This document shows, in pieces, positions 58,027-64,000 of a DNA stretch of 64,000 bases (positions are counted from its first letter, which is position 1; every line of letters begins with the position of its first letter). The stretch comes from Candidatus Magasanikbacteria bacterium RIFCSPHIGHO2_01_FULL_33_34. GTDB taxonomy: Bacteria; Patescibacteriota; Patescibacteriia; Magasanikbacterales; UBA922. The notes beneath the pieces were generated by a model. The model searched no databases. It was given only the letters and a program-made list of their open reading frames with translations, and was not told the origin of the DNA. Made by a program: the position numbers and the translations under genes. The stretch lies in NCBI GenBank assembly GCA_001782825.1, contig MFPS01000009.1, forward strand, positions 122,102 to 186,101, read 5' to 3'.

Positions 58027-58843
58027 AATATTTTAATAAAGCCAATGCGCCAGCCAAACTAGAATAATCTTTAAAACTAGAGACCATCAATTTTGTTGGC
58101 GGTTTTATAATATGTAAGTTATTTTTTAAATTTTGTTTTATTTGCTTTATTTGATTCTTGCGATGCACTGCTATTGCACCGGCAAAAATAATAATATCTA
58201 CTGGATTATTCACCAACATTTGAGCTATACCCAATGCTATACGATTACCTACTTCATTCCACTGTTTATCTGTAATTTTTAAGATATTTTTTTTATATGT
58301 CTTTACTATGCCATCTCCACCACAACTCAATTCCAAACATCCTATTTGTCCGCAACCACATTTTCTTTTTGTAAAATTAAATACTTGATGACCCGGCTCG
58401 AGTGCAGTAATAATTGGTTTGTGATTATTTACCCTCACAATTGCTCCACCAATTCCAGTCCCCCATATTATATACAAAAACTCTTTTTTTCTACCTTTAC
58501 CAAATTCTGCTTCAGCCAATGCGCCGGCATAAGCATCATTTTGTATTACTACCCTACATTTAAAATGTTTATTTAAATCTAAGGCTGGCTTTTTACCATT
58601 CCATCCAGTTAAATTTGGTGATACTAATATTTTACCAGAAGAATCCAACTTACCCGCTACAGAAACTCCAATACTATCTACTTTTACTTTAAAATCCGTA
58701 ATAGTACTAATTATTTTTTCTAAATCCTGTTTATAATTATTCACCACAAAAAATTTCTTCAAAAATTTGAATTTAAATTGATTGTTGTTTTTAAAGGCAG
58801 CCACCCGTATATTGGTACCGCCGATATCTATGGCTATATACAT
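58013..58843 (-). CDS. ROK-family glucokinase
   Basis: MYIAIDIGGTNIRVA, and the zinc motif CGCGQIGCLE. Confidence 0.8.
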   Translation of the reverse strand: MYIAIDIGGTNIRVAAFKNNNQFKFKFLKKFFVVNNYKQDLEKIISTITDFKVKVDSIGVSVAGKLDSSGKILVSPNLTGWNGKKPALDLNKHFKCRVVIQNDAYAGALAEAEFGKGRKKEFLYIIWGTGIGGAIVRVNNHKPIITALEPGHQVFNFTKRKCGCGQIGCLELSCGGDGIVKTYKKNILKITDKQWNEVGNRIALGIAQMLVNNPVDIIIFAGAIAVHRKNQIKQIKQNLKNNLHIIKPPTKLMVSSFKDYSSLAGALALLKYYDKN

Positions 58844-58936
58844 AAGGTTTTTTTATATTTTACACCAAATGAATATATCAGTAAATGACAAAGCCCTTTG
58901 ATATTATCTTAGGGCTTGTGCAATACACCACTTTTA

Positions 58937-59431
58937 TTAAAATACATAATAGATGACAGCAAACATAGCTTTTACATTTTGTTTGCCATAAATATCATAA
59001 TAAAGATAAGTACCATCTATAACTTGCATACTACGCAAATCGATTCTGTCACCAAATAATGCAGGTAAAATATTTTTATATTCTTGAGCAAATTCTCTAG
59101 CCTTTGTATATCCATTAATATTATCAGCCACAAAACAATTCATGTGCATTTTATATTTTTTATCTGAAACACCAAATACTCCATGAAACCTAACAACAAC
59201 AAAAATCTCTGAACGCTGTCTATCCCCCTCATAAAAAATAACTTGCTCCAAACTTATTCTGATATCCCTTGGTCTTGCCCCTCTATCTAACAAGGAATTT
59301 ATAAAGTCATTAACTTTTTTCAAAGTATTTCTATACTCAAAATAAAATCCATCAATACCAATACTCAAAGTCTCATTTTCAAACTTGAATATTTGTCCAC
59401 GAAATGGTCCAAAAAACATGGTACTACTCAC
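58937..59431 (-). CDS. Hypothetical protein
   Basis: 164 aa. No motif. Confidence 0.5.
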   Translation of the reverse strand: MSSTMFFGPFRGQIFKFENETLSIGIDGFYFEYRNTLKKVNDFINSLLDRGARPRDIRISLEQVIFYEGDRQRSEIFVVVRFHGVFGVSDKKYKMHMNCFVADNINGYTKAREFAQEYKNILPALFGDRIDLRSMQVIDGTYLYYDIYGKQNVKAMFAVIYYVF

Positions 59432-59504
59432 TCCTTTTTGTGTATTACACTATAATATATAGAAACACAAAAATTACCATTTAGTCAACTCGTATACAAA
59501 AACC

Positions 59505-60584
59505 TCAAGGGCTTATATGAAAATAACAAACATCTCCATCTTGAACAATATAATCTTTCCCGACCAATAACATTTTTCCATTTTCTTTCACCCCATTCCA
59601 ACCATTAAACTCAACGAAGTTTTCATATTTGGTAACATCAGCTTTAATATACCCTTTTTCAAAATCAGTATGAATAACAGCAGCCGCTTTTGGGGCTATA
59701 GTTCCTTCTTTTACAGTCCAAGCACGAGTTTCCTGTTCACCAGAAGTAAAATAAGTAACTAATTTCAATAATTTATAACCAGCCAAAATAATTTTATCTA
59801 ATCCAGATTGATTCATACCCAAATCTTTCATAAATTCTTTTGCATCTTCGACCGACAATTCTGCCAATTCTGCTTCTAACTTTGCACAAACTTTGACACT
59901 AACTTCATTTTTAGAAAATTTTATTTTTTCTTCACTTGCGCTCAAATTATCATCATCATTAATCACATACATCATCGGTTTCATAGTGAGCAAATGTAAA
60001 TCCTGCAAAATCAAAAACTCATCATCAGTATACTCCAAAGTACGAGCCGGTTTCCCCTCAAGCAAATGTTTATCTAACTTTTCTAATAAAGCAATTTCAA
60101 TAGCAAACTCTTTGACTGCGATCCCTTTTGCTTTTTTACTAGTATTTTCCAATCTCTTTTTTACTGTTTGAGAATCAGCCAAAACTAATTCCAAATTTAT
60201 AATGTCAACATCATTATTTGGATCAATCTTATTGTGAACATGCGTTATATTATTATTTTCAAATGCACGCACAACCTGAACAATCGCATCAACTTCACGA
60301 ATATGTGACAAAAATTTATTACCAAGCCCTTCACCCTCTGAAGCACCGGCCACCAGACCAGCAATATCAACAAACTCAATTGCAGTTGGAATAATTTTTT
60401 TTGATTTGGAAATATCTGAAAGTTTTTGTAGACGATTATCTGGCACTTCTACTATTCCCACATTTGGTTCAATTGTACAAAAAGGATAATTTTGAGCATC
60501 TGCCTGCTTACTGCGAGTTAATGCATTAAACAATGTTGATTTGCCAACATTTGGTAGACCTACAATTCCCAGAGATAATGACAT
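59505..60584 (-). CDS. ychF: Ribosome-binding ATPase YchF (Obg-family GTPase)
   Basis: [22 protein letters not shown]1 motif and a C-terminal TGS domain. Confidence 0.9.
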   Translation of the reverse strand: MSLSLGIVGLPNVGKSTLFNALTRSKQADAQNYPFCTIEPNVGIVEVPDNRLQKLSDISKSKKIIPTAIEFVDIAGLVAGASEGEGLGNKFLSHIREVDAIVQVVRAFENNNITHVHNKIDPNNDVDIINLELVLADSQTVKKRLENTSKKAKGIAVKEFAIEIALLEKLDKHLLEGKPARTLEYTDDEFLILQDLHLLTMKPMMYVINDDDNLSASEEKIKFSKNEVSVKVCAKLEAELAELSVEDAKEFMKDLGMNQSGLDKIILAGYKLLKLVTYFTSGEQETRAWTVKEGTIAPKAAAVIHTDFEKGYIKADVTKYENFVEFNGWNGVKENGKMLLVGKDYIVQDGDVCYFHISP

Positions 60585-60626
60585 ATTTTTATTTTTTAAA
60601 ACCCCTGCTTTAGGGGTTAAAAAGTG

Positions 60627-60699
60627 TGGACCGAACAGGACTTGAACCCGCTACCTCCGCAGTGCAAATGCGGCGCTCTACCAGATGAGCTATCGGCCC
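60627..60699 (-). tRNA. tRNA-Ala (anticodon TGC)
   Basis: Reverse complement GGGCCGATAGCTCATCTGGTAGAGCGCCGCATTTGCACTGCGGAGGTAGCGGGTTCAAGTCCTGTTCGGTCCA. G3:U70 identity pair and anticodon loop TTTGCAC. No encoded CCA. Confidence 0.8.
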
Positions 60700-60718
60700 T
60701 TATAATTTATGTGCAACA

Positions 60719-60748
60719 ATTGTATCATCACTTTAAAGCATTGTCAAC
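60719..60748 (-). promoter_or_regulatory. Sigma70-type promoter for tRNA-Ala
   Basis: Minus strand: TTGACA, 17 nt (ATGCTTTAAAGTGATGA), TACAAT. Confidence 0.55.
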
Positions 60749-60754
60749 ACCAAA

Positions 60755-62455
60755 TCAATGGCTACTATCCTTAAATCTCTGTCTCATTTCATTGATTTGG
60801 TCTTTTTTGAGTTCATTAAAAGTATGTTTGGTCCATGGTTTATTTTTCAAAATATTAGACATCCATGAACCACCCAACAAATGTGGCATCATAACATAAT
60901 TGGCGCCAGCTTTGTATACATCATCTATATGAACAGGGTGATACAAATTACCAATAATAACAGCTTTGCCACCATTTTGTCTCACCGTTCTTATCAATGT
61001 ATTTTGTGAATCAAACTCAGGTATAGTTGAAACAATCAATTTTGCCTTTTCAAGCGGAAGAATCTGTAAAAATTCAACATCAGCTGCATCACCAAAATAG
61101 GCTGGAATATTTCTACTTTTTAATCTACTAATAGCTTCAGGGTTAAAATCTACTACAGCATATTTAACATTCATTTCTTCTAGTGCTTCACACACTTTCC
61201 AACCAATTCTATGATAACCAAACACCCATACTTTATATGGCTCAGCATCCTTTATTTTATCTTTAAATTTGTCATTCCCAAATTTTTTCAAAAAAGGTAA
61301 TATTTTTTGATATAACTGATCATTGTATGTAATAAAATATGAAGAAATTACAATCGTAATAAGAGCTGTCATTGTAAGTATAGTTACTTCATTTCCATAC
61401 AAATAACCCAAATCTTTACCTTTGAAAACCAATATAAAACCAAATTCACTAACTTGCGCAGCGGTAATACCAGCAAAAAAAGCATTTCTACGAGTATACT
61501 TCATACTTCTCATCACTACATACAAGACCAAAGGATCAACAATTAATATAAAAATAGACAAAATAATTGCTGGCCAAAAAGAAGAATACACATCACCTAT
61601 CTGCATTTGACTTCCCAAGACAATAAAAAATAAAACTATAAAAAAATCTCGCAAAGGCCTTATACGACTAACAATTTGAGATTGATAAGGAGATGCGCCT
61701 AAAGAAATACCCGCTATAACCGCCCCAATTTCAATATTAAAACCTGCCCAATAAACCAAGCTAGCCACCCCAAAACACCATGCAATCGTAAAAATAAATA
61801 ATAATTCTCCAGAGTGAGCTACCTTTTCAATCAATATTGGCAAAATATATCGTGCTGCCAAAAAAACAATACCTATCAAAAGTATACCCTTGCTTATTGT
61901 CATCATAAATACTTCCCCCAATGTTCCCTCTCCACCAACAGTATTCAAGAAAATCATTATAATAACAGCTATAATATCTTGTACCAAAAGCAATCCAATC
62001 ACATACCTGCCATACATTGATTCACTATCTTTCTTCTCTGACAAAAATTTAGTGACAATAATCGTACTAGAAAATGTAATGGCAACCGCAACAAACATTG
62101 CTGAAACAGCCCCGTACCCCAATGCTTTCATTATCAAAAATCCTAAAGATGCTGCCAAAAGAAACTGAACTATACCACCGATAAAAACAACCTTGCCAAC
62201 TTTTTTGATATATTCAAAATTCAAACTCAAACCCACAATAAACAATAATAATACAATCCCAAAATGCGCAAAAGTTTCAAAAAATGCTTCACCACCATGA
62301 AGTAAGTTAAAAAATAATGGACCACCAACAATACCGGCTATAATATACGCAACTACAAGAGGCTGTTTGAACAAACGCAAAACAAGAGCAATCGTCACTG
62401 TAATTGCAAGCAATGTACTAATTTGAATAAAAATATTATCAACCACATTTAACAT
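60755..62455 (-). CDS. Cation:proton antiporter (CPA2/Kef-type) with C-terminal RCK/TrkA-N domain
   Basis: 566 aa. N-terminal 12-13 TM Na+/H+-exchanger domain. C-terminal Rossmann segment KVWVFGYHRIGWKVCEALEEMNVKYAVVD. Start is MLNVVDN at 62455. Confidence 0.75.
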   Translation of the reverse strand: MLNVVDNIFIQISTLLAITVTIALVLRLFKQPLVVAYIIAGIVGGPLFFNLLHGGEAFFETFAHFGIVLLLFIVGLSLNFEYIKKVGKVVFIGGIVQFLLAASLGFLIMKALGYGAVSAMFVAVAITFSSTIIVTKFLSEKKDSESMYGRYVIGLLLVQDIIAVIIMIFLNTVGGEGTLGEVFMMTISKGILLIGIVFLAARYILPILIEKVAHSGELLFIFTIAWCFGVASLVYWAGFNIEIGAVIAGISLGASPYQSQIVSRIRPLRDFFIVLFFIVLGSQMQIGDVYSSFWPAIILSIFILIVDPLVLYVVMRSMKYTRRNAFFAGITAAQVSEFGFILVFKGKDLGYLYGNEVTILTMTALITIVISSYFITYNDQLYQKILPFLKKFGNDKFKDKIKDAEPYKVWVFGYHRIGWKVCEALEEMNVKYAVVDFNPEAISRLKSRNIPAYFGDAADVEFLQILPLEKAKLIVSTIPEFDSQNTLIRTVRQNGGKAVIIGNLYHPVHIDDVYKAGANYVMMPHLLGGSWMSNILKNKPWTKHTFNELKKDQINEMRQRFKDSSH

Positions 62456-62592
62456 TTAAACATATAAGCATATAAACATTAAAACATAAAAATTGACTTA
62501 CTATCATCAAAAAACTTTCAAACAAAATATTTCAATTTGTTTAAATGCTTATATGTTTATATGTTTGTATGCTTATTATTATACCAAATTTT
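62456..62592 (-). promoter_or_regulatory. Conserved palindromic AT-rich leader B (same arrangement as leader A)
   Basis: Minus-strand reading: GGTATAATAATAAGCATACAAACATATAAACATATAAGCATTTAAACAAATTGAAATATTTTGTTT ... TTAATGTTTATATGCTTATATGTTTAAATG overlapping the ATG. Confidence 0.5.
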
Positions 62593-64000
62593 TTAACGTT
62601 TTACGAATGATATAATAGATACTAAAAACCGTTTAAGAAATCTTTTGATAAAAAAAGCTCGTGATTTTAAACTTATACCAATCAACGTTAATACCAAACC
62701 AATAATTATGGCTGTCAAATATTTTTCAGTATTATTTTTTTTAATTTCTTGCGAATTTAATAAATTGTCAGTTGATGTGGCCACATCAATTAATTCTATA
62801 TCCATATCAAAGCGTGGCATTAATTGTACGCCAGATGTACTATTGCCTAATATTCCTTTTATGATCATATTGTCACCCACATCAAACAAGCTTTTGTCTA
62901 TATTTGCATTTTTTTTAAAATAAACTTTAATTTCTTCACTCCCATCATCAAGATAAATATATGTGCTTTTCTTTTCAGTTATTTCACCACTTATTTGCAA
63001 ATAACTTCCTATATAATTTTCTGTAATTTCATTTATTTCAATTTTTTGTTCAACAAGCTCAGCTTTATCTAATACAACAATATCTTTTTTTGCCTTTATT
63101 TTAACCCTAGTTTCTCCATAAGCCATAGAAATCTCCCCTACTATTTCAACTTCATCACCCACTTCAAATTCAGGAAAATCCTTGCTATACATATAAACCT
63201 GAACGCCAGCAATATTGTCTGTAATATAAAAATACTGCGTACCAAAAATATTTGGCATCACACTTACAATTCCTTTTGTTTTTATTTGAGTGCCAACCTC
63301 AAGAGTCCTTATTTCAGACAAGCTAACATTTACTATTAATTTATAACCACTAGTATTAGATACTATTTTTACCAATGGTTTTGAAAAAGTATTTTTTACA
63401 CCCGGAGTAATCTGTGTTGTCCATTGCCATTCATCATCTTCATCACGAGAAAAACTTGCGCCCTCAACCACACTCACATAATCAATCTCATCAACAACAG
63501 TATCGTCCAACCATAACAAACGTGCTGAATCAATTGTATTATTTAATGCAATCTTTGTATCCCATTTACCAAATACCATATATTCACCGGCTTTAATAAA
63601 AGTATTATCAGGAATTTTGTAAGGTCTTGAACCACCTTCTTCATCATCCAACCTTAATCCTGTCAAATCAAAATCTTCATTTGTTGGATTATACAGCTCA
63701 ATCATTTCTGTTGAATCTGACCCAGCTGGATTTGGTAAAATTTCTGTAATTATTATATTTACATCTTCAATATTTCTTTGACTATTTTTATTTCCTATAT
63801 TCTCCAAATTATTTTTTATGGTTGTTGTATTTGTAATTACAGAATTATAAATTTTTGTAGATGTACTTAATGTATATTCTTCTTCATCTGATTCTATATA
63901 TATTATATTTTCAATACCCTTGGTAATTTCCATTGTAATAACAAAATCAATAGAATCCATATCAGTATCTTGACCATCATAAACTCTCGCAACTGCAAAA
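62593..64000 (-). CDS. Lamin-tail-domain (LTD) surface protein with OB-fold-like domain and C-terminal TM anchor. N-terminus runs off the window edge
   Basis: LTD signature IIITEILPNPAGSDSTEMIELYNPTNEDFDLTGLRLDDE. C-terminal TM TAIIIGLVLTLIGISL. The frame is open through position 64000. Confidence 0.6.
   Translation of the reverse strand, partial: FAVARVYDGQDTDMDSIDFVITMEITKGIENIIYIESDEEEYTLSTSTKIYNSVITNTTTIKNNLENIGNKNSQRNIEDVNIIITEILPNPAGSDSTEMIELYNPTNEDFDLTGLRLDDEEGGSRPYKIPDNTFIKAGEYMVFGKWDTKIALNNTIDSARLLWLDDTVVDEIDYVSVVEGASFSRDEDDEWQWTTQITPGVKNTFSKPLVKIVSNTSGYKLIVNVSLSEIRTLEVGTQIKTKGIVSVMPNIFGTQYFYITDNIAGVQVYMYSKDFPEFEVGDEVEIVGEISMAYGETRVKIKAKKDIVVLDKAELVEQKIEINEITENYIGSYLQISGEITEKKSTYIYLDDGSEEIKVYFKKNANIDKSLFDVGDNMIIKGILGNSTSGVQLMPRFDMDIELIDVATSTDNLLNSQEIKKNNTEKYLTAIIIGLVLTLIGISLKSRAFFIKRFLKRFLVSIISFVKR

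Noticed and set aside
60624-60899. Plus-strand ORF of 91 aa
   Set aside because: It begins inside the minus-strand tRNA-Ala and its promoter and continues antisense into the antiporter gene. It is spurious.
1-64000. Alternative genetic code (UGA recoding, as in some CPR lineages)
   Set aside because: Long conserved genes (gyrA, ileS, ahcY, pilB) are intact full-length ORFs under the standard code, and the ORF track shows no systematic truncation. The standard code fits.

Overview
The window is AT-rich (about one third GC), uses the standard genetic code, and most genes lack a Shine-Dalgarno sequence. Proteins are compact. Gene content (type IV pilus machinery, a monoglucosyl/monogalactosyl-diacylglycerol (MGDG)-synthase-like GT28, a lamin-tail-domain protein, many small secreted two-helix proteins, a GT2 plus GT-C surface glycosylation pair) suggests a Patescibacteria/CPR-like bacterium; this is inference only.

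Confident housekeeping calls are ahcY, gyrA, rpsA, ruvA, pepA, ileS, rpiB, rpe, trxB, the rpsF-ssb-rpsR operon, galU, ychF and four tRNAs (Leu-TAA, Arg-TCT, His-GTG, Ala-TGC).

Features worth a second look:
1. An 11-kb minus-strand array (32561-43373) of 15 paralogous small secreted proteins. Each has a signal peptide and a conserved C-terminal module of two hydrophobic helices joined by a short charged loop (consensus near YAGFxWMTARGNEE...KA......IGLVIVLSAYAIT). This is the architecture of VirB2/TrbC-type conjugative pilins and of a T4SS-pilin-like family seen in CPR/Firmicutes. Four members carry large, divergent, Cys-rich N-terminal ectodomains in an alternating A/B pattern. An orphan sugar-type ABC substrate-binding lipoprotein sits inside the array. 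One small paralog has the only strong GGAGG Shine-Dalgarno site seen here, followed by a GC-rich terminator. No VirB4/VirD4 machinery is in the window. galU and a complete type IV pilus set flank the array (three prepilin-type proteins, a large tip-adhesin-like protein, pilB-pilC-pilM-pilN-pilO).
2. A roughly 100-nt nested-hairpin element present four times in the same orientation. Its 24-bp outer stem and 7-bp inner stem co-vary between copies while two unpaired segments are conserved. That pattern fits a structured RNA or a hairpin recognised as single-stranded DNA, not a classical MITE or CRISPR array.
3. A shared palindromic AT-rich leader (AAACATATAAACAT / ATGTTTATATGTTT) that overlaps the start codons of a prepilin gene and a CPA2 antiporter gene.
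4. A tyrosine recombinase next to a tRNA-Arg/tRNA-His pair whose outer ends are each duplicated about 100 nt away, suggesting an integration scar.
5. A GC-rich, hairpin-dense 300-nt island (7440-7745) that may be an ncRNA.

All coordinates and calls come from reading the sequence and the ORF track; no database search was possible.
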